Below are positions 24,290-36,300 of a DNA stretch of 64,000 nt, in pieces. Positions within the stretch are counted from its first letter, which is position 1. Each line of letters opens with the position of its first letter. The notes under the pieces were generated by a model. It saw nothing but the letters and a program-made list of their open reading frames with translations, searched no databases and had not been told where the DNA came from. The stretch is taken from NCBI GenBank assembly GCA_964035545.1, contig OZ037769.1, forward strand, positions 8,165,929-8,229,928, given 5' to 3'. The position numbers and the translations under genes are program-made. Source of the DNA: Bugula neritina (Eukaryota > Animalia > Bryozoa).

Positions 24290-25308
24290 TGTAATGTTAG
24301 TATTTGTTTACTAAAGCTATGTTTATATTATCCCATGACTTATACCTGCTAGTAGCTTTATATTGTGGAATGTTATAGCGATACAATTATGCTGTCAAAG
24401 TGATTATGTTGTGGTTTTAAAAGTGCTATGTGACATACTGTTTGTTTATCAAGTTGGTCAGTTAGCTTCGAGATTTGAGATAATAAAGTGTGGTGACAGT
24501 AAGAAAGTTGGTAGTAATTTATTGTAGTACTTATCTATACAACACAACAAGCTATTTCGGCCTTTAGTGAAGTGTAGTTGTAGTACTCCGAGGGAGTTGA
24601 GTGGCTAGGAGAGCCTGATGACTGAAGGAGTAATAGTGTAATAATTCGTGCAATTACTGTGCGTGAGTTTTCTACTTGCGTAATTTATTTTTATTATTCA
24701 CAATACAATACAAAACGAACATTACATCAAATTACACTATAACATCAGTCACTACTAACACATGTTTACACTTCAAGCCCTCGCTTACAACAACGTGATG
24801 ATTGCTAATTGCCCGGGAACTGTCACATGAGTCGGAAGCATATCTTCCGGTTCTTTTGATTGGTTAATACATTGAGGCCTTAGTGTTCCCAGAACGGAGA
24901 GAGGACGATTCTTATATTAGTACATTGTGTGACCCACTACACCGCCCCTCCAACAGGAAGCCCTACTTTCTGATAACACACAAAAAAAAAAACGCATACA
25001 AAAAAACAATACAATAATCTAAAAAAATACATACTTAAACCCACAAAAAGAAAGAAGAGAAATATTAATGTATACACAAGCATATATATAGAAGAAGTAG
25101 ACGGAGTGGTCGAGTACACACAGCTGGTCAGCTATAGAGAGAGAGGGTGCTATACAGCACACGGGCCAATGGTCAGGGAGCTCGTCGCCTCGCGACGATA
25201 ATACATTCCACCGAAAGGGTGCCTTTCCCAGGCATGCTCATTGGGTGAGCTCTGACTCTTGTAGCGAGCGCGATCTGTGTCGAGTCTGTCGGGCATGTAG
25301 CCTCCGCT

Positions 25309-26028
25309 TTAGTTGCCCACTGTGTCCTTCAGCTGGTATAGACCTGTTGTTGTATCCAGCAGGTCGGGAGCAAGTTGTGTAAACTCGGCTTGTAGTTTTA
25401 AAAGCCGCTCTTCTACAGTAGCCAATCGGCTGGGTCCTGGTGAGGTTGTAGCAGTCTCTGGGGTGGGTGGTATCATCGTTTCTTCTGATTCGGGGGCATA
25501 GCTAAGGTTGGCGGGGGTGGTCGATGGGGGTTTAACCATAGGAGACTTGTGGCGGGCAGACAGTAGTAATACTTGGAACCCTGACGCTAACGCAACCAGG
25601 GTTATAGCCTTCTTGATGACCGGCTTGACGATGTCCAGATACTGTGGGAAACTGTCCTCGTCTACGACATGGCCCTCTCCGGTGAAACAGCTCATTTTAT
25701 GGACTATCACAGGGTACGGGTATACATCGTGAAACCCGCATGGGCAAAAGTGTAGTAGAAAGTGTGCGTCTACATGCAGACGCAGGGAGTGGTGTGACGG
25801 GCACTCCTCGAAACAGACCTGACAGATCCGATGGAGTCCACTTGGTCCCCAGGCTTCCTCAATCCTCCTTTCCGTCGCTGGTGACACCCATCGATGTCGT
25901 CGACGAAGCACCACGGGTAGGCCATTTTCCATTACTGGTTCTTCCTCCATGGGTAAAGGGGTTGGCTGGTCCCGTAACCGGGAGGTGGTCACTCGAGTGT
26001 TATCCTTCGATCCAGAATAGTAAGACAT
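25309..26028 (-). CDS. Retrotransposon extra ORF (239 aa) with C2H2-like zinc fingers and C-terminal coiled coil
   Basis: Intact ATG ORF between integrase end and PPT; CQVC-x12-HVDAH and CPC-x12-H; heptad-like VEERLLKLQAEFTQL. Confidence 0.65.
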   Translation of the reverse strand: MSYYSGSKDNTRVTTSRLRDQPTPLPMEEEPVMENGLPVVLRRRHRWVSPATERRIEEAWGPSGLHRICQVCFEECPSHHSLRLHVDAHFLLHFCPCGFHDVYPYPVIVHKMSCFTGEGHVVDEDSFPQYLDIVKPVIKKAITLVALASGFQVLLLSARHKSPMVKPPSTTPANLSYAPESEETMIPPTPETATTSPGPSRLATVEERLLKLQAEFTQLAPDLLDTTTGLYQLKDTVGN

Positions 26029-26858
26029 TTTGGAATGAGAGCGGTAAATGATTAGTGTTTAGTGGCACGTCTACTCTTGACTGCATCAGCGTAGAAAAAG
26101 ACCGGGCAGCGTGATTCTGCCGAGACAAAAGTTGATATTTTCGTGGTGTTCACAACTCCCACGGTTCTTTGCCTGTTTTCCCATATGAGACCTCGCTAGA
26201 CTTTCATAACTGCCGCTTGTAGCGCGGTCATGTACGAAGTCTCCGAGGCACGCTGGGGGTTGCCTAGTGTGTGGTCCTGGAGGTGTCGTCACTGTGAGAG
26301 GCGGTGTGCTCACCCGTGGATTGTTATGTCTCACGGGTGGTTTTTTCAGCCTGTTTGTGACGGTTGTTCCTACGTTGGTATCTCTGTACGGAGCCCCTCC
26401 CACGGGGAGGTTTTTGCACTTCCGAACCCGTTTCTGGTTCTGGAAGTGGTGGTGGTGGCAGGCCTGCTGTTGGGGGCGGTGGGCACGCTTCCAAGGACGG
26501 AAGTGGCCTTTCCTGCCTCGCCAAGTCTTCCTGAGGAGTCATGGGCGTGTTTCCGACCAGGACGACAGTCTCCGCTTGCCAAGACCTTTTAGCACAATGC
26601 CTCGGCCGCCCCGCTTCACCAGGGAGACGGCTATGCTTGTTGGTCTGGCAGATTTCGCACTGTCTCACTTTGCGCCGGATGTCCCGCTTCATGTTTGGCC
26701 AGTATCACCGGAGTTGTAGCTTGGTGACCACCCCCTGGACTCCTGCGTGAGTCTGCTGGTGGGTGTCCCGTATCAACTCTGGTTGTCTGCTGTTGGCGGC
26801 CAAAGTCATGGTCAGCAGACCATATGGCCCGATCCGCAGGGAGTTCCAACGTTGACAG

Positions 26859-27614
26859 CACAGGATAGTTAAGGGCATCCTCACTAAGAATATCATAAAT
26901 TTTTCTCAAAATGTAGTTCAGGTTCTTGAATAATATTGCTCTGCGGATGGCATGCGTGTTGCCTACTTGCAACTGTTTAGTCTAAGATTGAACTACAACC
27001 AATAAGCAGCAACCTTCATTAGGGCTGCGTTATCTATCAACATTCCATTATGGGTGTTACATAAACAAAGTACAAAGCAAGCTATTCATTATAGCCTGCC
27101 AGCTAGCAAGCTTGTAATTAGCATGTACGCGCCAATATCTTCTCATCTCTACGTGCTCATTGAAGCGTGAAGTGCTGCGCGCTGCTAGTTTCTTATGAAA
27201 AAATATGGCATTTTCAGTGTATAAATCACACATTTATGAGCAATCTAGCAGAGTTATTAGAAAAAGAAAAAAATTTGCACTGGAGAAATATCTCAGGATT
27301 CTAGCAGTGCAATTTTTATTCAGATATCATCTTTTGCTGCTGAGATATTTTACTGGTACTGAAAAGTCAGCTTTTTTGGCAAAATTGGCCAAAATTCAGC
27401 AGTTTTTTGTCTATAACTTTGCAAAAAAAATGAAAATTGAAATTTCCAAAAAAATTGCACTGGAGAAAAAGACGATCTACAACATAGTTTTTAAATTTTG
27501 ACTCTAGCACAATTAGGTGAGATTTTATTTTACTGGTACTGAATTCTTATATGATTACAATGCAAACCTCAGCAAGGCAGTTGCAGCTAAAAGGTTGCCC
27601 TTAACTATCCTGTG
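26859..27614. mobile_element. CACTA/EnSpm(CMC)-like MITE nested in the Gypsy pol
   Basis: TIR cacaggatagttaagggca perfect 19 bp (22/23 extended), 2-bp TSD AG; removing it restores the pol frame AELRLYCQRWNSL. Confidence 0.88.
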
Positions 27615-28140
27615 AGTACAGCCGTAACTCGGCGCATCCCTGTCTCTGTTGTCTACCACTAGGTCGTCGCCCTTCCTGTTTCGCTCGGTACACGTCGGCT
27701 ACCACCCCAGAAAGGTTTTTCTGGAGTTCCGGTAGCTCCCTAACATTACCAGCCCATACAGGTGTGGCGCGGAGGCTCTGGACGGCCTCCGGGGGCGTGT
27801 CAGCCCTCTGTTGGAGTTGGCCCGGGTCCCGTGTTGGCAACAGGGACCGCGGGCAAACATTACATCAAATTACACTATAACATCAGTCACTACTAACACA
27901 TGTTTACACTTCAAGCCCTCGCTTACAACAACGTGATGATGGCTAATTGCCCGGAAACTGTCACATGAGTCGGAAGCATATCTTCCGGTTCTTCTGATTG
28001 GTTACTACATTGGAACCTCAGTATTCCCAGAACGGAGAGAGGACGATTCTTATATTAGTACATTGCGTGACCCACTACAATAGATAGGCCAGTGGAGTTC
28101 AGAGAACTGGGTGGGATGCAGTGTTGTGTTTCCGCCAATA

Positions 28141-28211
28141 GTCTCCGTGGTGTAATGGTAGCACACTTGCTTGCAAGCCAGAGGACGTGGGTTCGATTTC
28201 CAGTGGTGGCA
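28141..28211 (+). pseudogene. tRNA-like sequence (Ala-TGC- or Cys-GCA-like) inside the solo LTR
   Basis: A box tggtgtaatgg, B box ggttcgatttc; D stem pairs, but acceptor, anticodon and T stems each have a mismatch and the anticodon loop is 6 nt. Confidence 0.7.
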
Positions 28212-30139
28212 ATTATTTTACAATATGTTTACGGACAGCGACTAAAATAATATGACATTTCTTTGAGGAAAATAATACTATAAAATGCATTAAAAAGCAA
28301 GTACATTTTTAGTCACTCACCCAGTCAGTTCAACGGATCAAACAATAAACAGCAAGACTCTCAGTGTCACAAACTAAGATTAGAAAAGCTAATACCCAAC
28401 CCTTCCTATAGCACCACTAATTTATATGTTTTGTCCAGCAGCAAGACAACTGTTGCAGTAGCTTTTTGGCAGCTTTCCAAAAACCATTGTGTAACAAAAG
28501 CTATTTGTGAAAGCTTTTGCTCGACTAGTTAATGTGGCTCAATTTTCCTCCTGCTAAAGATGCAGGCAATCTATACTTAATTGTTAAAATAATTGTAAGT
28601 ATCAAGTATTATATTATCTTTTGTTTTGAACTTCATTAACTAAATGTTTTGTCAGCTATGTAATTAAGGTTAAGTTGACAATATGTTTGTAATTTTCATG
28701 GTTATAGGTTACAGTATGGGTATGAGTCTAAGTATGAATGTGAGCTCAAGTCTAAGTCTAACTTAGAAGTTATACTGTTGGCAATAGACAAAAATAGAGT
28801 TGTGGCCTGCTTCTGTGTCCTCCATCCATTCACCTTTCATTAAGTGAATTACAATACATAGGCATCCGTGCCAAACAGCACCCGTGCTGACGCAGCAACA
28901 ATTATCAGCTGATACAGTAACCATTATCGGCTGTCACAATACAGTGTCACAAAGTTCCGAGATAACACATTCATCAGATTTGAATGTACTAAAGTACTAA
29001 TGTACTAAAGTTTTAAGATTCTAAAAAAGGTAAATTAATAACCTTACCTAAACAGCTAATTATTACTTTAAATTGCCATGGGGAGAACTATTATTTATTG
29101 AAATGTCTTTTAAAGCTCAGAATATAAAAATTCTATATTTTGACTTCTATGAAGAGACGTTGAATATTTGAAGCTAATACTAAGGCATAGAATGCTTTTT
29201 TGTCACATATTCTTTTACAAGTGCTATATACAGCTAAAATGTAGTAACAAAGTTTATACCTTGTCGAGACTCCAAAATGTAAGATTCTAAACCGACGTTC
29301 CTTGAGATATTCTTCACACAATACATTTGCTGAGTCATGTTTATAGGTAAAGCCAAAGCTGGCGCAAGTAGTAAAATCAGCAGTGTGTAAACCAGTGGCA
29401 ACGCTATGTTTGAGGAAAACAACTGTCTCAGAGGAGCACAGCAGCTTAAAAGTTTTAATTTTTTTAAGCTGACGCAAGTTGTATTAAACGACTTTCTAAT
29501 TCAAATAGCAAAGTTTTGGTTTATTTATTTGACTAGAGAAGTTATTCATATTTCTTTGAAAACTACCGAAAGAGGCCTATTAATTATTTACTAATATTTA
29601 ACAGTGTGTCAATAAGATTTAGAATTTTTGTAATATATATGCAGCTTATATGTATTTAGCGGCTTGTTTGCTTTAATAACCTATAATACAATACACTTTT
29701 CAATTGAGGAAAATAATTTTTGCTTCCACTCAAAAGTTAATTAAAAAAAAATTGAATGATTTAGGTACTTATATTAGAAAAAATATACATACTGGTATAT
29801 TATATGTTGAACCAATAAATAAATTAATATAAATTGAGATTTCATTTCTTTTTTTGAAAAAAAAGAGAAATCAACAAGAGAAATAACTGTGGATAAAACT
29901 AAAGATATTGCACTTTGGTTTTGGCTCATGCTAAAATTTACTATACTTTCTTCACCTAAAAAAATACTGTCCAGTGTCTTTGAAATCGTTCATGAAATAA
30001 ATTATGGTATTTTAATGTTGATTCAAAAATTTTGCTCAACTGTGAAAAGGAGCTTTTTTATTGCTAACCCCTGCTGGTCACCACAATTTTTAACTTTTAT
30101 TAGAAAGTACCATGACATTGTCTTATTATGCTCAATTTA

Positions 30140-30537
30140 AGTTGCGTTTATACCTCTGCTGAAAAAAGTACCGAGTTTGAGTTAATAATGCTTGTCCGGG
30201 TACCCCTTTATAGTCAAACTGAAACTTGTTGAAATCATATTGATGCGGTTGCTCACTTTCTGAAATTGAAATTTGACTCGCATAGTAGCTATTTGATGCC
30301 CTTTGTAAACGTCATGAATTAGTGAAGCGGAAAGCATAAAAGCGACAACTGAGAAGGCGTAGGCTATGTAGGCATTGTTTACTAGGAGTTATTACTCCTA
30401 TTCTAAAGTTGGCCGATTAAGTTATCACAGTACAAAAATTTCAACGAGTGGCTTTTACAATGCGATGCAACTCGGAGAAATTTCAACCCGGCCAAATTGA
30501 TTTTTTGACCGAAAATCGTGAAGGTATAAACGCAACT
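30140..30537. mobile_element. Kolobok-like MITE
   Basis: 16-bp TIR agttgcgtttatacct / aggtataaacgcaact; degenerate TTAA-like flanks (ttta/ttag). Confidence 0.65.
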
Positions 30538-30954
30538 TTAGAGTTATGCTCTCACTTTTATATTATTGATCATTATTGAAATTCCTGAATGTATTATGAT
30601 ATTTTTAGTCATAATAACAATAACATCACAATTCAGAGTACCAAGTGTGAAACAAGGAAAAGATATTTCGATCAGTATAAATATTCATTTCAATTTCTCT
30701 TTTAACAAAACAAAATATCATACATGGCAACCAAAGTACGTTAGAAACAATGAATGCAGAAAACATATAAACAGCTCCTAGGACAGCTGTAGTGTCCCAG
30801 AATATACCCAAGATTCAGCTTTCATGTAAGGTTATTCTTGATTCAAATACAGAGGTAAATTTTCAAGAATTCAAAAGTACATGGGACTCATGAAAAATTT
30901 CATCTAGGCACCTGAGGAGTTATTAGGTGCCCAGAAAGCATTGCTACTATACAA

Positions 30955-31381
30955 CAGTGTTGGCGTCAATTACATACGAATGTAATTAATTACAATTACA
31001 ATTACTTTTGTTTTCACAAATAATAAATAGAAGTTACATAGTCTTACTTCTGGAGTCCAACTACCTGGGCAATTTTGACAGCGGAGAACCTCCTATGTTC
31101 TCCACAGGGATTAGTAGGGTGATACAAAACCACATTTAATTATTATGAACTTTTTATTAACCAGTAGACATGTTAGGAGAAGTATGAATTAGATAAGATT
31201 TAAAAAATTGAAGTAATTGTTATGTAATTATAAAGTAATTGGAAAAATCAATTACATTGGCTATGTAAGTAATTACAGTTACACTTACATTTTTATACGC
31301 ATCAATTACAAATTACAGTTAATTACTTGAAAAGACATAATTATTTACAACCAATTACAAATTACAATTACCCCAACCCTG
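30955..31381. mobile_element. hAT-like MITE
   Basis: CAG..TTGG termini, 8-bp TSD ctatacaa/ctatacat, subterminal AATTAC/GTAATT repeats. Confidence 0.75.
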
Positions 31382-31815
31382 CTATACATGGCAGTAAATG
31401 ATAGTGCAGCTATAGAATTGTAGAATCATCTGCAAAGTATGAGGAAGATCAAAGCCTTGAGTCCATACTAATACTTTGGACCAGCACTGCATTAGAGAGA
31501 GCAACGTGGTGCACGATAGAGAAAAGTTCAATATGAGGAACCAACTCACAGAAGTGACTTTAGATACCTTTTATGCAGAATTGACGTCATTAACTGCCAA
31601 ATACAAATTTAACTATACCGAAGGGGTAATGCTGACCCAACAATTCCAATAAATGAGATACTTAGACACATAATCGCCTTGGGTTGATATGGGATAATGC
31701 AAAAAGTAAAAAAAAACTAAAATCACAAGGTTATAACACCTTGAGCTTTGAGCACTTATTTTAAATTGGTAGAAGCAGTGAGGTCACTTTTACAGTGGTG
31801 AAGTCAGTAGACAAG

Positions 31816-33345
31816 GTTTGTTGTTTGTTTGTTCTTTGTTTTCTTTATTTCCATCAAAAAAAACAAAAGGACAAAAAAATACAAATATACAACAGTAACA
31901 CAAAAAGAGCTAAATTCAATTTGTATATAATATCAATCGAAGTCAAGATGGGGGCCCATGTGCTCAGTAGCATAGCTATTCAAGGAGCTGGGCCCAAGTG
32001 GCAGTTGAAAAAATAGTGGGAACTATTTATTCAGATTAAGTTAAAGATTTTAGTAGGTGCTTTTTCAACAATATTTTAAATGTGGCAAAGCTTTGATGAT
32101 GTCTTAAAGTCAGAGGTAGTTTATTCCAATTGCTAGACATCTGGTAGGACACTTGACGATGACCTGCTGCGGAGGTAGAGAGAGGTAAGGGTAAGGAAAG
32201 TTCAGAATGTCTGGTGAGGTAAGTCGGTGGTTGTTTGGTGTGAGATGGAGTATAATAAGGTGAATGACCAAGAAGACATAGGCGGTAGATATACAAGAGA
32301 TCAATAGGAAGAACTTCTGCTTTGATAAATAGAGGTGACGTGTGTTCAGTAGGTGATTTGTGGAAAATAATGCGAATAATGCGTTTTTGAATTAAAAGCA
32401 ACTTGTCCAGATGGGTTTTAGGAGCATTTACCCAGGCTTCTAAGCAATATGTAAGTTTGCTGTTTATCAGACTGTTATATGATAAAATCAAAGCTTTGTA
32501 TGGTAAAAACTTTGAAGCTAAGTATATCATACCAGTTACTTTGTTGAGCTGAGTCCTTAAAGAATTTATATGAGCACACCAGTTTAAGTTAATGTCAATG
32601 ACTACACCTAAAAATTTTATTTCTGAGCTAGGTGAGAGAGGTATATTGTCAATATGGATGGTACTGTTAAGTACAAAATTCTTTTGGTAGTTTTTAACAA
32701 TGATATAGTTTGTTTTCGTTAAGTTTAGAGTTAGTTTGTTTGCAATGCACCAGTTATTAACTTTATTTAGTGAGGAGTTTATATTTCCAATATCAGCATT
32801 TAAATCTTTGCTCTTCCAAAAAAGATTTGTGTCGTCGGCAAACAGAATAGTATCAAATAAAGGACAATGGGTAGCTAAATCATTTATGTACAGCAGAAAG
32901 AGCACAGGGCCCAAGATAGAGCCCTGGGGAACTCCACAGGTGATATGCAAGGAATTGGATATACTGTTCTCTATTATAACATGCTGTGTTCGATTGGTCA
33001 AGTAGTTTTGGATTAAACTTATGGAGTGAGAATCAAAATTGTAATCTCGTAGTTTCTGTAGCAAAATATTGTGGTTGATTGTATCGAATGCTTTTGAGAA
33101 ATCAATGAAAATACCCAATATTACTAATGAGTCATTAAGTGCTTTGAAGGATTGGTCTGAAAACTTAAACAGTGCGTCTTGTGCACCCTTCTTCTGTTGG
33201 AAGCCAAATTGAGAAACCGACAAAATTTTGTGTAGGTTTAAATGTTCATTTAATTGCTTGCAGATTATTTTTTCAAGTATTATTTAGAGTAAACTGGAAG
33301 TATTGAGATAGGCCGATAATTACTACATAAAAGTTTGTCACCTTT
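31816..33345 (-). mobile_element. 5'-truncated CR1/L2-group LINE
   Basis: RT ORF, upstream NYRPISIL motif (~33300-33322), 3' AATAAA plus (CAAA)n-like tail at 31816-31850. Confidence 0.9.
32036..33223 (-). CDS. LINE reverse transcriptase (partial, 395 aa open)
   Basis: QFGF, FIDFSKAFDT, GVPQGSILGP, LFADD, KFLGV motifs. Confidence 0.9.
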   Translation of the reverse strand: MSVSQFGFQQKKGAQDALFKFSDQSFKALNDSLVILGIFIDFSKAFDTINHNILLQKLRDYNFDSHSISLIQNYLTNRTQHVIIENSISNSLHITCGVPQGSILGPVLFLLYINDLATHCPLFDTILFADDTNLFWKSKDLNADIGNINSSLNKVNNWCIANKLTLNLTKTNYIIVKNYQKNFVLNSTIHIDNIPLSPSSEIKFLGVVIDINLNWCAHINSLRTQLNKVTGMIYLASKFLPYKALILSYNSLINSKLTYCLEAWVNAPKTHLDKLLLIQKRIIRIIFHKSPTEHTSPLFIKAEVLPIDLLYIYRLCLLGHSPYYTPSHTKQPPTYLTRHSELSLPLPLSTSAAGHRQVSYQMSSNWNKLPLTLRHHQSFATFKILLKKHLLKSLT

Positions 33346-36300
33346 GTTTTGCTTATAGAAAAGATGTTGATGCAGTAAATTATTGCAAACTTCCAGCTTT
33401 AAAACAAAGAAAAATTGTGTTTATTAAACCAACTCAATCAAAATCTATAGTAAAAAAGTGATCTGTTGCCTCATCACAGTTGCATACATGTATAAACAAA
33501 GCGACTGTCAGTACAAATAAATTAAATAAACTTCTCTGGGAGGATAGATTATCTCAAAAGGCACTATAAGTCAATAAATCAAATTGGAAAAAAAAATGAA
33601 AGCCTGCTACATGCTAGTACCTCTAGTAAAACATAACTGGGAAAAGTGTGCATTTGAAAGACGACTGTCTATACAGCTGAAAGGCAGTGTGGCACAAACA
33701 TCATAAAAAAGACCACTATATAGTAAAGGCGGTGGGTCTAAGGTTGTCAGTGAAATAAAAAATCAATAGGACGACTTCTAGTTCACTGGCAAGCTAAAAT
33801 AAGTCACGTCTCCTGAACAGTAAAAATTTTTGCAAATGGTCATGACACACTATTCAAGGTAGAAACTGGTGCATGTGACACTGTGGTGAGCTGTGATGAA
33901 ACATGGCTGAAGCGTGTTAACTTCAACACACCCCGCACTCTTTCACAAGACCAAGAGAAAAGGGAAATGGAAGTTATTGGCACATTCAGAGCTGATATGA
34001 GGTATAGCAATGAAACATGCTTCAAAGTAGTATGTGGGATCCAAAATTAAAAATACCACTGTTTAGCAGCAAAGCATGTACAGATCTTCTAACTTGTAAC
34101 ATTTCAGAAAATAAAGCTGTAGAAGTCATTGACTGAAAGCAGTCTCTGCATGTTTTATTTAAAAGCGAGTTTACAAAGATTGGTTAGGTCTATTAAAAAG
34201 TTATACCTACAAAATATCCTTCAGACTTAGTGCTCAAACCACATGGGAAAAATAGAGCATTTTTGATTATTAGTCTTTATATAGCTTGAAAGGGAATTGT
34301 TATGTAATAAACAAATGCACACATAATTATCATATTTAGCTATTTGTTTAGTTTTGGGTAAATACAGCTATATGAAATCATAACATGAAGATACTTTAAG
34401 AATGACATATACATGGATTTCAGTAATTAAAGAAAATGAGTCAATATAAAACACATTTAACATGGCACGAAAATCTTCATTAAAAAGGGAGTGAGATGAA
34501 ACAAAGCTCGCAGCTAAAACTTATTTTTTTATAAACTTCTTTATTGAATTGCATCTTACCATCTTACTATAGGAGTAGAAGGGATCTTAGAGGTAGCAGC
34601 AAGCTATAGGTTACATTGCTATAAAAAGAGCAAGATAATGAAAAAAGAAGATTACAGCTGACCTGATGAAAATGATACACACACAGCAAAACAGCTGTGA
34701 CAACTGAGTCAGGATGGTGATATTTAAACAGTTGGTGCTCCGATAGATTCTAATACTGCTGTCATTATATAGTCTATAAGTATTTTCTTGAATTTGATGA
34801 AACGCTTGTCTTTAATTAATTGAATGACTTTACATGTTATTTTAAAAACAGGCTTAAAGCATAGCAAATGTTTGCCACCTTTTGTTTATATGGAAAAAGC
34901 ATTTCAAAAGATTGGAAGAAATTGTTAGTAAAACTGAAAATAAGGTGAATATGTTTTGGAACACAGTTTTAGCAGCTAAAATTAGATTATGTTTTTTTTT
35001 AGGTATTGATATATTTTACTTTGAAACAAGTAATTAAACATTCTACATACCGGTATATACCTTTATATATTATTATCCTTATGCTTAAAGTTTACATATG
35101 GCCACATACACCAACTTTGGCAGCTGTCACCTTCTATTATCCACATACTCTGCTGCTGATAGTTAAATCATCAGAAGACAATTCAAAGGTAAATAGGTGA
35201 CTTCGACTGCATTATCTTTTCTCACATTAATTGACTGCAAAATTATTTATTTTATTTTAAGTAAAGTAGTTTTTTAATAACAGTTCAAATAATTGTCAAC
35301 ATTTCTATTGCAACAATACAAACGTATGAGTACTAAATCATTGTTGAAAAATAACGAAAACAAACTTCAACCCAATGCTACATTTTTATAAACCATTCTT
35401 GCTTACAGCTTCAATTTTGTTAATTTTATGTATGCATCTGGTAGATGCTCTTTTAACATGTACAATATTGTTATTATATAATGAATGATTATAATTATAT
35501 TGTTACAAATGACATTATAATTATTGTTCGATATGGATTGGTAATGATTATACACTCGGCTGTTCTGTATTCTGAACAGCATATTTAACCTAAAAGACCT
35601 GGTTAAGCATATGGTTATTGCGTTACATTCATTACTTCAACATTATAACTATTATAACTACTGGTATATAATATCATTTCAAGAAATAGCAACAAGAGTG
35701 AACACTTATACTAGTAATAACATATTATATTGCAGGTGCAGAATAGTAATAATTCACTAGTCTAAACCGTCAAATATAAGTTTATTTATATTATTTATTT
35801 ACATCTAAAATTTATAATTTTTAGTAAAAGATATTTATCTTGCACAAAAAATACAAACCTTTGTCATTACTCCAGCTAACTATAATATAATCATGCAGAA
35901 TGTTTATTGTTTGTGGGAACTTAAAAGCTTCCGCTTTTACTATAACTAGCGCTTTTGTTAAACAATTTAGACAAATATTTTTGTGTTGAAAAACCAAAGT
36001 CAGCCCTTTAAGTGTCTATAGGCTATTTTTAAGTACTATATTATCTATGAATATGTACATCTATTATAGGAGATTAGATAAAGCATATTGTATTTAGGAC
36101 ATCATCTCACAACAGACTATTATAATCTTAGCAATATGAAGTTTAGAAAAACCTAAACCTAAACGGTTTCAAGATCAACTGTGAATAAAAAGACTCAAAA
36201 AAATGTAATACTGGCTCAGGATCAAATACTTAAACAAATGTAACACCAACTCAAAATGGAAACATTCAGCCTTCTCCTGCTCCAATGAATGTCAGGACTA

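Larger units (their letters stand above)
24579..28079 (-). mobile_element. Internally deleted Ty3/Gypsy LTR retrotransposon
   Basis: LTR copies 24718-24941 and 27856-28079 (224 bp, ~10 mismatches), TGTAGT terminus, PPT ggaggggcgg at 24942-24951, integrase HHCC relic (THQQTHAG..CEIC, ~26640-26780); gag/PR/RT absent; TSD not cleanly resolved. Confidence 0.88.
24290..28222 (+). mobile_element. Solo LTR (~430 bp: 24290-~24578 + 28080-28222) split by a nested Gypsy, unit A only
   Basis: TGTAA...TTACA termini, perfect 5-bp TSD ATATG (24285-24289, 28223-28227), single ATATG at the empty site ~61975; AATAAA at 24482. Confidence 0.8.
9500..28938 (+). repeat. Segmental duplication unit A (paralogous to 42953-62717)
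   Basis: Colinear identity from ggattcctttaaatgactg (~9502 vs ~42954) to ccattatcggctgtcaca (~28938 vs ~62717), broken only by copy-specific TE insertions. Confidence 0.95.
31430..35700 (+). mobile_element. Decayed Ty3/Gypsy element (gag, protease, pol relics), interrupted by a LINE
   Basis: Gag-like NVVHDREKFNMRNQ..LDTFYAELTSL..NEILRHIIALG (31503-31684); protease-like FKVETGACDTVVS (33853-33891); boundaries approximate. Confidence 0.6.

Noticed and set aside
28141-28211. Functional tRNA gene
   Set aside because: Mismatches in three stems, a 6-nt anticodon loop, and it lies inside an LTR.
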